From assembly GCA_951406725.2 (NCBI GenBank), contig OX597819.1:94860001-94924000 (forward strand): 64,000 nt of DNA, written 5' to 3'. The notes beneath the pieces were generated by a model, which did not search any database, was not told the origin of the DNA, and was given only the letters and a program-made list of their open reading frames with translations. Every line of letters begins with the position of its first letter. Within the stretch, counting starts at the first letter, position 1. The stretch is from Octopus vulgaris (Eukaryota). The position numbers and the translations under genes are program-made. Below, one piece after another: positions 13,011 through 24,890 of the stretch.

Positions 13011-13119
13011 GATCTGGATTTCAGATCATAATACTAAAGCAACATCTCTAGCTGAAGAAAAAACACTCATTTCTGTTTAAGTTAGTGAGCACTTTAGGAG
13101 AAACATGAAAGCTAACATA

Positions 13120-13994
13120 CAAGGGGATACCCCAAAGTCACTGGAAATGTTCTCTGTGGGACAAACTCATTGTAGTTCAAGCTTCCACTACTAGAAGCCA
13201 CTTGACACAACCATCAGGTATCAGTCTGCTGACCGGTGCTGTCAGGTGATGTCATACTGCCATGTGATGCATCTTTGTTTTGCAGTGCTTTTTTCCTATT
13301 TGTCAATTTTTGCAATGGCTGAAATGAAGGAACAGTGTGCTTCCATGAAATTCTGCTATCTGCTGGGGAAAATGGTGGCTGAAACAGTTGTCATGCTCCA
13401 AACAGCTTACAAGGATGCTGTTATAAGGAAAAACACAAGTTTATGAGTGGTTTCCATGCTTTAGGAATGGTCACTTGTTGCTTGAAGAACAACATGAAAC
13501 ATGAAAATTCATGAACTGATCTTGGAGAACCATCACTGAACAATTAACGAACTTGTTGATATGACTGGTGTGTCCTGGAGCACCTACCAAAGAATTATGA
13601 GTGAGGAATTGTGAGTGAAAAGAGTTGCAGTAAAATTTGTGCCTCACTTGGTCATGGAAGATCAAAAGCAGTCACGACTGAATGCATGTCATGAACGGAA
13701 AAAAAAAAAAACAGTTGGAAGTTGATCTGGACCTTTCTTTGAAGGTCATCACTGGTGACAAAAGCTGGTGCTACAGAATTTGCAGATTTGGAAGAGGTGA
13801 AGGAAAAAATCAACGGAAGCATTAAAAGGCATCACTTCACAAGAGTTTCAGCACTGCTTCAAACAGTGAGAAATACACCTGGACTGATGCATTGCTTCAA
13901 ATGGAGAATACTTTGAAGGCGATAAAAATGTAAACATGTAAAACTAATTGAATAAAATATTGCAAAATTCCAGTTTCTTTTGGGTAGCCCCTCA
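13120..13994 (+). mobile_element. Mariner (Tc1/mariner) transposon, internally deleted and degenerate
   Basis: TA-flanked imperfect TIRs CAAGGGGATACCCAAAG..CTGGAA / TTCCAG..TTTGGGTAGCCCCTCA. Transposase remnants MKEQCASMKFCYLLGK..ETVVMLQTAY, KFVPH, KVITGDKSWCY, CIASNGEYFEG. Confidence 0.85.
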
Positions 13995-15343
13995 TAGATT
14001 CATCTCTAGGGAACATTGGAAAATTCAACTTAACATTACAACAAAACTAAATGGACAGGTTCACTGAGAAGGTTGTACATAACTGCTTGAAACAAAGAAC
14101 ACTGACCATAGAGGTAATAAACCACATTAAAAACCTGGAATGTAGTACTGATGTGTGTATAATGTACAGAAGTTCAAAATACTAGGAATTACCACTTCAC
14201 TAAAACATTGAAAACATACATAGAAAAAAACACGCAAACATACTTTGAGGAATCACTGATATCATATTTGGTCAACATAAAGAAAACACAACAATGCTGT
14301 ACAAACTATACATTAGATCCACCGTGGCCTAAGCCAGATCTACCTATCCCCTTAATCTTGTCACAATACACCACAAATAAACAACAAAGAACACAAAACA
14401 GTAAACATCATAAGAGGTTGTACATAGATCAGTTTTGCAATGAAACAATAATACTTAAAAAAGGAAAGCCCACTCGAACATGCAAGAGCACAATCAGTTG
14501 TTGCTGCAAACTCCATCCATAAAAGAACCTGTCACTACATGGAAGAAAAATAACACCTTCAAACACCAAACATATATACATAACGCTACACTATAACATC
14601 CTTGAAACATCATCTCTGTCCCTCAGCCTTGCTATACATAAGGAACATGAGACGACAAAATCAGCTGTAACATTAATAATCTCACTTGCTTCAAATTCTA
14701 TGCTGAGATGCATTCCACTAACAATAACAGCAGAGGAACTGTAACTATTCTGCTTTGACTGAGTCCATCTTGCCTGCTTCCTCTGTGGTTACCAGCAGAA
14801 TCTATAGGAAGAGACAGGAGAGTGGAGAGAAAGTAAGATATCCAGATTGTCATGCATAACTTTCATATGTCATCACTGTATGTCATTGTCAGAATGCGTA
14901 GTATGATCATCAGCTAAATGGATTTGTGGATTGTGCCACATTGTTTCATTAAGTATCCTAATGCCATAGGTATACTTTATCAAGTATAACTTGGAGCTAC
15001 ATAACAACTGGTGCAGTTAGTGCACCTAGAGCTTTTATCAATTCAATTGGTGCACTTAAAATCATTGTATCTCTTATAAACCTAATTATTATATTTCTGA
15101 ATCGTATCTCTTCTCTGCCAATTTTGTTTGTCATTAATCTCTTGAAATTCTAATGTTTTTATTGTTTTTTCTTATTTGTTATTTGAGTAAATGTCTTGCA
15201 GTTAAATACTTTTATATTATGAGTTCAATTTCACTGAGACTGATTTTGTCTTTCATCCTACTGAATATAGGAAGAAAATAATGGTTTGGATAAAAGACAG
15301 TTTTTCAATGAGATTCAATATGCATGAGTGGAATGATGTTTAA

Positions 15344-15548
15344 CCTTTTAGCATTCAGATTACCCTGTCAAGTGTAATACTTATTTATTCACATTGTTTT
15401 GAATTAATCATACATTATCTCATACTCTTGTGGTTGATTTTTTTAGAATGACATTGTGAAGTAGGTGTGAGAAGCTAGATCTTGTCAGTTTGAATATAAA
15501 ACAAGTAGAATATTTTGGCCAGATATGGTTGGCTTAAATGCTAAAGGG
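15344..15548. mobile_element. piggyBac-type MITE
   Basis: TTAA|CCTTTTAGCATT ... AATGCTAAAGGG|TTAA. A related copy lies in opposite orientation at 42006-42206. Confidence 0.75.
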
Positions 15549-18151
15549 TTAAAAGTACAGACCATATATAACAATATGGTGAAGATTGCTTATAAATGTG
15601 CCACAACTGGATGCTTCAACTTGTCACAGCACTTATAACAGTATTGTGGTAATTGGTCATAACAACTACTACATGAGGTGCTTCAGTTTATCATAACATA
15701 AACACAGTATGATTGAGAAGCTGATGATAACAACTATCATAGTATAGTGGTAGACTGGACATAAGTAGTTCAATAAGATGCTTCAAAGTACTTCCTCCAT
15801 AGAATATCTTTGAGAATCATTAGTACATCAAATAAAATACCTCGCCATATTTGTTTCAGCTGTGAATATTGTGAGTTCAAATCCTGCTAAGGCAACTTTG
15901 CTTTTGCCAATTTTTTTGGGATTGATAAAATAAAATACCAGTTAAATATTGGGATTGAATTAATCAACAAACTACTTTCACCCAAAATTGTGCCTTAATT
16001 AGAAATAATTATTATTCGTTGTTTCTCTTTTGTTTAATGTAAACTCCATATTCTTGTGTGTTGTATTCTTTGATGTTGTTCTAAATGTCTTGGAGCCTTG
16101 CAATCAATGAAAATTATTATTATTATTATTATTATCATTGTTATTGAGTAAGAGAACAGTGTATGCCATCAAAGTGACACTGGGATAAAATATACGAAGC
16201 CCAGTATACCCATCATAACTACCAGTCTGATAAAGGTACACCAGGCACATATATCACAACCATATGTGTATGATATGGTGATCTCATATCAAGATAAACA
16301 GCGCATGACCTTGCAAGTGGGGCCCAGTTAGAATTTTCAAGTTGAGTAGCCCATCCTGCTCAAAAGGTCCCTGAATAAGACTTGTTTAAGGATGTTGAAC
16401 TAAACAGCCATGTTTCCAAGTGTGAATTATCCAAACCCCAAAGAATTCCTCTCAACACATGGCTGTGATGCTCTCCCACTACTTCTGCTCATGATCAGAG
16501 ATGCACATATCGTCAGCCACTAAGGGTCATGCCCAACTGGTTAAGCTCAAACAACTGACAAGCAAATCTATGATATTGAGCAGAATATTTGCTGTAGCCC
16601 ATTAAGACAGTATGACAGAAAGCAGAAATGATGCATTCCCTGACTAAATGCTTAACAGCATTGAGAGTGACCTTTCTTTTTTTTATCCATGTGGAAACAT
16701 TTGCCTTTCATCTTTTCTGTAGTCAGTCACTAAAAACTGAACCATTGATTTCAGTCAGCTAATTCTGGCCACCACCTCACCCACACCCACTGCTCTTCTT
16801 CCTTTACTAGTCAGTCACTTTGTTTATATAAGAAATCCGTATTTCTTTTCATGAAGGAGGCGTTTCCTTAGCCTTCAACTAACTCTCTTGGACTGGTGGT
16901 TGCAGATCAATGTCTGCTAGAGGGATATTAGCAGGGTTGGGGTTGGGGTAGGGGAGATTGAGAAAATCGATATTCTATGAAGGAAGATCTGAGCGTAGTA
17001 ATTAGTATTGAGTCTAGTAGGATTTGATACAAATTGCTTGACAAGAGGAGGGGAAACAAATGTGTCACGAGTGTCTAATTGAAGTTGGTATGAAACCAGC
17101 TAGTTCTGAAGAGCAGAGGTCACTGCAGGTAACGGTTGTATAGGTTAAGACAGGAATCAACTCTTCAGTGAGCCAATGAGTGGTTTATATTCATGCCAAT
17201 CAGCTGGCATGGGGGATGCCATCTGTAGGATGTCTGAATGGAAAAGCAGTACTGTGGCCCCAGATGTGAGAGCAGTACTCCATTGTGGGTCCCACTTGAA
17301 TTTTTCAGAGTGTTACTTGTTGGAAACTGAAGTATCAGTCTTTATGATGCAGTCATAGAAAGTAAATTCATATCAATAATTAGTAATTATGCCAAATGTG
17401 GTAATTCAGCCACCAAAGATTACACAACAAAATAGATTAGTGAACCACTTATCACATATTATATATAAAGAAGACGTAATCAAATGTGATATTAAGAAAT
17501 CAACAAGGTATCAACACATTGATAAACTATGTATTTCTAAGGTGGTGAATTGACAGTGTCATTGGATGTTGGATACCGTGCTGTGTGGGATTTGTTCTTG
17601 CACTAGTGAGTGGCTGCAGTAAATTCCAACACTTACAAAATCTATGCAACTATGTATATCAAACACCCAAGCACATCTACAAAGCCCCAGAAAAATCTTT
17701 CTCTTCCATTAATTCTAAGATAAAAAACAAGTGTGTGTGTATGTGAAGCTGCATGGCCTAGTGGTTAGGGTGCTGCCTTCACAATTGCAAGATCATGGTT
17801 TTGGTTCCCAGACTGGGTGATGTGTTTGTATTCTTGAATAAAATGCTCCATTTCACATTGCTCTAAAATCATTTCGACATCTAATGTGTGGCGCACTTGT
17901 GCACCTGTACAGGTAATTTCAATTTGATGTAAGGTGTGAGCTTATGTGAACACAAACATTTGATCACTATAAACAAATCGTTGTGTGGTTGATCAGCAAG
18001 AAATTTCAGAATCTTCATCTGTTGTCCAATGACAGGAGCGTCTTTCTGAATCTTCAGATTTTTCTATATGCTAGACCACTGGTTTTAAATTGATATTAGT
18101 CAAATTAATATTCAATTTTTCACCCTTATTATTTTAAATATATATATATAT

Positions 18152-18460
18152 CATCATCATCATCGTTTAACGTCCGTTCTCCATGCTAACATGGGTTGGA
18201 CGGTTCGACCGGGGATCTGGGAAGCCAGAAGGCTGCACCAGGCTCCAGTCTTATCTGGCAATGTTTCTACAGCTGGATGCCCTTCCTAACGCCAACCACT
18301 CTGTGAGTGTAGTGGGTGCTTTTTACGTGCCACCTGCACAGGTGCCAGGCGAGGCTGGCAATGGCCACAGTCAGATTGGTGTATTTTATGTGCCACCAAC
18401 ACGGAAGCCAGTCGAGGCGGTGCTGGCATCGGCCACGAGTCGGATAGTGCTTTTTGAGGT
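18152..18460 (-). mobile_element. RTE-associated/SINE-like repeat end with (GAT)n tail, inverted relative to the copies at 20.4, 39.1 and 48.4 kb
   Basis: CATCATCATCGTTTAACGTCCGTTCTCCATGCTAACATGGGTTGG is the reverse complement of the ends at about 20380-20460 and 48405-48460. Internal GTGCCAC/GTGGCAC subrepeats. Confidence 0.75.
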
Positions 18461-19254
18461 GACTTCTGGTCATCAGTGTCACTTGGGCTCATCAAAGATT
18501 TTGCAGAGACACATGCCTGCCTGAAGAATTTCATGTTTTTCCTCTTTATTTCTAGCCCCAAATGGCTTATTTTTTATATCTAGCATTATGTCTTTCTCCA
18601 TTTCTAAGTTAAGGTTTAAAATAAAGCAACCCTGCAAAACACAACTGATCTTTGCACACAGATGCTACACAGAATAATAGCAAACAAATAATGACAGTGG
18701 AGTGCACAATAAACAACAGCGATCTGACTGTTGCCTGTACTCTTGACAAGGGACGCCAGTTAGTTTTTTACACCTACTACGCTTGTTCATATTAGCCCGA
18801 GTTGCTGGATAAATTTTCATTCCTTTCAGAATATTGTAGAATGGAAACTTTTCATAGGCTGGAATTTAAATACTAACCTCTATAGAAATTTATTGTTTCA
18901 AGAAAACATTGAATTCAAATTACTTTTAAATTTTACAATTATAGATGACAACTTGGGCTGTAACTTCTGAGCCCGATGTCGAGAGAGCATCTACTACAAA
19001 TGATATTTTTTCGACACCAGTTGCTGGACAAAAATAAATGAACTGTGACCAGGTTCAATAAAATGAGACCAAGTTATTGGATGCAATTGCATACTTGAAT
19101 TCAGTGTTCATAGAAATTAAATCAGCTTGCAAATACATGTTTGCTTTACTAAATTTATATTCAGGCTAAGTCCGAACAGCCAGAGTGATGCGGCAGATAC
19201 TCAAGAGCAACAAACACTGAAAATATGCAGAGAACAACTTTCACCACATTTCAG

Positions 19255-20460
19255 GGAGAAAAACTAGAAGTAGTTGATAGCTTCCGCTACCTAGGTGACC
19301 AAGTCAGTAGCGGGGAGGGTGTGCTGAAAGTGTAGCTACTAGAATAAGAATAGCCTGGGCAAAGTTCAGAGAGCTCTTACCTTTGCTGGTGACAAAGGGC
19401 CTCTCACTCAGAGTAAAAGGTAGACTGTATGATGCATGTGTATGAACAGCCATGCTACATAGTGGTGAAACATGGGCCGTGACTGCTGAGGACATGCGTA
19501 AGTTCACAAGGAATGAAGCCAGTATGCTCCAATGGATGTGTAATGTCAGTGTGCATACTTGACGGAGTGTAAGTACCTTGAGAGAAAAGTTGGACCTAAG
19601 AAGCATCAGATATGGTGTGCAAGAGAGACGACTGCGCTGGTATGGTCATGTGGCGAGAATGGATGTGAAAAAGTGCCACACCCTAGCGGTTGAGGGAACC
19701 TGTGAAAGAGGTAGACCCAGGTAGACTAGGGATGAAGTGGTGAAGCATGACCTTCGAACATTAGGCCTCACCAAGGCAATGACTAGTGACCAAGACCTTT
19801 GGAAATATGCTGCGCATGAGAAGACCCTGCAAACCAAGTGAGACCATAATCTCGTGGCCTATGCCAGGGGTGTAACCAGCCCATTTATGCGTATCTTTCC
19901 TTCATTGGACACTAAACTCTGCTTGCGAAGATCTGTTGAGGCAAGTGATATCGAAATCAAATTCGATGACTGGCATCCCTGCCAGTGGAGCGCTAAGAGC
20001 ACCATCTGAGTGTGATCGTTGCCAGAACAGCTAACTGGCTTCCATGCCAGTGGCACATAAAAAGCACCATTCAAGTGTGATCGTAACCAGCATCGCCATA
20101 CTGGCACTTGTGCCAGTGGCATGTGAAAAAACATTCAAGCAGGGTCGTTGCCAGTGCCGCTGGACTGGCTCCTGTGCAGGTGGCATGTAAAAAACACCAT
20201 TTGAGCATGGCCATTGCCAGTACCGCCCGACTGGCCCTCGTGCCGGTGGCATGTAAAAGCACCCACTACACTCTCGGAGTGGTTGGCGTTAGGAAGGGCA
20301 TCCAGCTGTAGAAACTCTATCAGATCAGATTGGAGCCTGGTGCAGCCATCTGGTAAGCCAGTCCTCAATCAAATCACCCAACCCATGCTAGCATGGAAAG
20401 CGGACGTTAAACAATGATGATAATGATGATGATGATGATGACGATGATGATGACGATGAT
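19255..20460 (+). mobile_element. 5'-truncated RTE-clade LINE (RT C-terminus, long 3' UTR, (GAT)n tail)
   Basis: GEKLEVVDSFRYLGDQVSSGEGCAESVATRIRIAWAKFRELLPLL...RVKGRLYDACV*TAMLHSGETW...RRLRWYGHVARM...RGRP, followed by a subrepeat-rich 3' region ending in (GAT)n. Confidence 0.85.
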
Positions 20461-20709
20461 ATATATATACACACACAATAATAGCTGAAGAACCAGTTAC
20501 CTAATTAGCCCTAACATCTGTGCTGTGATGCAAGCCATTAAAGGTGAATGAAAAGTTATAATAATTGTCCTGATCTAAGTCAACCTTTCTAATCTCTACT
20601 GTAGCTATCATTACAATTTACAAAAACATGGAAGAGAACAGTAATATACCAAGACTTCCACCCTGCAGTCCATATGAGAACCAATAGGAGTACACAATAT
20701 ATTCCCCAG

Positions 20710-20933
20710 CAATGTTCCCTCTAAGCTGTGTGCTTGTGCATGCATACACATTTTACAGCTAGCACACAAATGAAAAGAATGTGTGCAAACAAGATTTTCA
20801 AGTTGAAATTAAATTTTTTAAAAATTAAGGATGGTTACACTCATGGATGCAAGAATATTTTGCAAAGGAAGAAAACTTTTTGCACATGCAACTTTTTGTG
20901 TACATCCACAGCTAAAAATCAGAAAGAACATTG
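20710..20933. mobile_element. hAT-type MITE with perfect 8-bp TSD
   Basis: TIRs CAATGTTCCCTCT / AGAAAGAACATTG. TSD TTCCCCAG at 20702-20709 and 20934-20941. Confidence 0.85.
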
Positions 20934-21364
20934 TTCCCCAGTGAGGCATATTTCATGTAGAGAGAAGTGAGTTTGTAGTTGGAACCTAGTCATTCAACCA
21001 GCTGCACATGGTCAATATGTCTGCTCCAAAAGAGAATACTCGAGGCTAAACAACAGTAAGACAAGCAGATATAAAGAGTATATAAAGAATTGGCTCACAT
21101 TCATATCCTTGCTCCTATAATCTTTACAGCAATACATCTTGCTTTGATTAAATGTAGACAGATATATGTTATTTCTAATGTAGGTACATGACCACAAATT
21201 TTGAAGGAAGAGTACTGTTGATTAGAGCAATCTACCCCTACCCTCACATCAGTACTTGATTAATTATTATCCTTTTTCTTTTTTACTTGTTTCAGTCATT
21301 TTATTGTGGCCATGCTGAGGCACAGCCTTGAAGGATTTAGTAAAACAAATAAATCCCTGAACTC

Positions 21365-21955
21365 AAGGTAGTTGAAAATTTCAAATACCCTGGTGTGTGG
21401 ACACAAAGTACTGAAAAAGACATCGTAGCAAGGAAAGCTCTTGCCTGGAGCGCATGCTATAAATTGAGAAAGGTATGGAGTTCAAAGGTAGCAAGGAAAT
21501 TGAAAGTGATGTTGTTTCTGGCAATAGTGGAGTCTGTTCTATACAGGGCTGAAACGTGGACGCTCACTAAAGCATTGAAAAAGCAGTTGGACGGTTGTTA
21601 TATGAGGATGTTTAAAATGGCACTCAATGTCTCCTGAAAGAGTCATACGACAAACGCCGACTTATACCAGGGATTACCAAAAGTAACATTGAAGATACAG
21701 CATAGAAGGATGAGGCTAGCTGGATACTGCATCATACACACCGATGAAATTGCTAACAGATTAATGCTCTGGCAACCAACAGAAGGAAGAACCAGGAGAG
21801 GAAAGAGAAAGATGACCTATATCGACAGCTTGCTGGAGGATACTGGTATGGAAGGGGTGCAGGAGCTGAGGACAATTATGGAAGATGGAGATGAATGGGG
21901 AAAATGTGTGGAAACAGTCTTGGAGAGTCTTGAGGGATAACCTAGATAAATAGAT
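21365..21955 (+). mobile_element. Second RTE-like LINE 3' fragment (different subfamily)
   Basis: VVENFKY.., ARKALAWSACYKLRKVWSS, VESVLYRAETWTLTK, RRMRLAGYCI, WQPTEGRTRRG (ORFs 21395-21637 and 21689-21940). Confidence 0.75.
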
Positions 21956-22290
21956 AGGACTTCAAACCACGAGTTCTCAAACATTGGTGGGAATCAAACA
22001 AAAACACACACATACGCACATACAAACATACATACACATATATAAGGAGTGAATATTCAGATGTAAATATTCATAAAAATATTATTGTTAATATTATCTG
22101 CAGTAAATATAATATATTGATAATAACAACAGCAATAATATAGATGGTTACAGGTATTAAATAACATCAAATAGCTATAATATCTATTTAATGCTTAGTG
22201 TTATATATCTATATCTATATATATACTGTTAGCGTTCCGTATTTCAGTCGAGTGTGTTAGTATTTATGTGGTAACATCGTAGTTTCGTCT

Positions 22291-22379
22291 TGGTATATGT
22301 TTGGCTGAAGAAGGTAAAGCAAATATGGGTGAGAGACATATCTTGCAAAACCTGAAACCTGCAGGTACCACATTATCCA
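22291..22379 (+). ncRNA. Type I hammerhead ribozyme, copy 1
   Basis: CUGAAGA 22305-22311. Stem II AGGU/ACCU, GCAA/UUGC, AUAUG/CAUAU. GAAA 22354-22357. Palindromic stem III ACCUGCAGGU. Cleavage triplet GUA 22365-22367. Stem I UGG/CCA, AUG/CAU, UGG/CCA. Confidence 0.85.
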
Positions 22380-22721
22380 TTTTCCGGGTGTTTCATCTTT
22401 CAGATGTTCTCCCTGGAGGTAAGACGGGTTTTTTTCTCTATTTTGTTGCACACACGCATTTTTACTAATACATACGCGGTGAAGCTACACTTTAGCGTCG
22501 TATTTTTACGTTCGCTATTTCCAGTAAATATCGGTACTTTGTTATGCCATTTATTTACTAATTTGTGTATTTTTCCCTCACGGGCTACTTTTTACTGGAA
22601 GGCAATACTTTGTATTGCATTACTGATATTTTGAAACTTCTTCACCGTTTCTCGTACTGTTAGCGTTCCGTATTTCAGTCGAGTGTGTTAGTATTTGTGT
22701 GGTAACATCGTAGTTTCGTCT

Positions 22722-22810
22722 TGGTATATGTTTGGCTGAAGAAGGTAAAGCAAATATGGGTGAGAGACATATCTTGCAAAACCTGAAACCTGCAGGTACC
22801 ATATTATCCA
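22722..22810 (+). ncRNA. Type I hammerhead ribozyme, copy 2
   Basis: Same core 431 nt downstream: CUGAAGA 22736-22742 and GUA 22796-22798. A single C>U change in stem I retains pairing as G-U. Confidence 0.85.
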
Positions 22811-22991
22811 TTTTCCGGGTGTTTCATCTTTCAGATGTTCTCCCTGGAGGTAAGACGGTTTTTTTCTCTATTTTGTTGCACACACGCATTTTTACTAATA
22901 CATACGCGGTGAAGCTACACTTTAGCGTCGTATTTTACGTTCGCTATTTCCAGTAAATATCGGTACTTTGTTGTGCCATTTATTTACTAAT

Positions 22992-23022
<31 letters not shown>

Positions 23023-24496
23023 TTTATATATTTATTTGAAAAGCTTCTTTCAGTTTCCATCTACCAAATACACTCATAAGGTTTTGCTCAGCCTGGAGCT
23101 ATAGTAGAAGACTTGCCCAAGGTACCATGCAATGAGACTGAACTTGGAGCCATGTGGTTAGGAAGCAAATTTCTTACAACATGGTCACATTTACATCTTA
23201 ATTTATTAAGTTTCATAAAATGAAAAATAAAGTTAACCTCAGCAAAATTTGAGAGCAGAACACGTAGTAACATAACTAAATACAACAAATCATTTTGAAG
23301 GAGATGACAGAAAACTAAGTTATGTAGCACATTGCTGTACTCAAGAAGGCCTGTCCACCACAACAGAATTGATATCCTAAAACCAAGGTGCCACATAAAA
23401 AGCATCAGTGTTGGTACTGGTGCCATGTAAATGCACTGGTGCTGGTGCCATATAAAAAGCACTGTTGGTGGTGCCACATTAAAAAAAGTTCTGGTGGTAG
23501 GATCACGTAAAACGCACCCAGTATACTCTATAAAGTGGCTGCCAATAGAAAGGGTATCCAGCTGTAGTATTTTAGTCAAAACAGTCTAAGGAACCTGGTG
23601 TGACTCCTTGCCTTGCCAGTTCCTGTCAAGCCAACCAACCCATACCAACATGGAAAATGGATATTAAATGGTGATGACAATGATGATGATGTTTACAATC
23701 AAGCTCTTAGATAATAACAGAAAATTTTTTTTTCCTGAGAAGAAAAGAATGAATTAAAACGCAAAAACAGTTTTGCTTTTTGTAAAGATAAAGAAACTAA
23801 AATTGAGTTTAGACTCTTTATTGAAATAGAAGATTTTATTTATTATTATTTTTTTTAATCTCACAATTCTAAAACCTTTTTTCATATCTCTTTGTTTCTT
23901 GTTACAAAAAGGCTCTGGGAGCCAATTCTTTTCGAAACAAAATACTACACACACATACACACACACACACACACATGTGCACCGGTGCCAGATTTAGGCA
24001 AAAGCTGAACAAACTACAGTTTGGGGTTTTACAATCCATTGGGGCCTCAAAATAATTAAAAGGCATATATGTTTTCAATTTTTGTGAGACCTTCAGGTGT
24101 AAATTTTTGATAAGGAACCTCCAAGCTTTATATAGCTTAGGGCCCCAACAAGTCTAAATTCAGCACAGACAAATACATATAACTGTTGTTAGTGATAAGG
24201 AAACAGAGATGACATGTTACTAAACAAATCTACAAAATAAGAACATGATCCATACCTTCCCCACCACTTATCTTCATGTCTTAACAGCAAACAGCATATA
24301 AGACATAAGATCAAACACAGCAAATATTCTTTCCCCTCAACAGTATTCATTTCATAGATTCAAAGAAGTCCCAAAAATAGTTTTCATTGTATATAAGTAC
24401 TTACGTACTAATTTCCTCAACTTCAAATAAAAGGGAACAAAAAAAAAACAACACACACATACATATATATATATACATATATATATATATACATAC

Positions 24497-24527
<31 letters not shown>

Positions 24528-24573
24528 ATATATATACAGATATACAAACATAGTGTATATGTGTATGTATGTG

Positions 24574-24640
<67 letters not shown>

Positions 24641-24890
24641 GTATGAGTGTGTATTACAGTTATAGATATATAAGTAAAAATTCCCTTTTTTTGTTTTAAT
24701 TTCTTTTGTTTTATATTTACAAAAATGAAATCATCAAATCTACAAAAAATACATTTAACTCTTGTCAATTCTACAAAATTAGTTCAGTTGATTTATTTGT
24801 TTATTTATTTGTAGTACAAAGAGTGAAGGGATGTGTTGGGGTATATATATATATATATATATATATATGCAGTAATCCTTTGCCATTTTG

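Larger units (their letters stand above)
22224..22995 (+). mobile_element. 431-bp tandem repeat (about 1.8 copies) with one hammerhead ribozyme per copy; candidate non-LTR retrozyme or Penelope pseudo-LTR
   Basis: 22224-22565 is repeated at 22655-22995 with about 5 differences. Flanked by TA-rich microsatellites. No credible ORF. Confidence 0.75.

Noticed and set aside
14000-14590. Possible further Penelope/GIY-YIG remnants (also 28270-28760)
   Set aside because: Too decayed to support with specific motifs by eye.
17101-17145. Hammerhead-like CTGAAGA-GCAG/CTGC hairpin
   Set aside because: It is followed by AGGTAAC rather than GAAA and has no convincing stems I and III. At best a dead relic.
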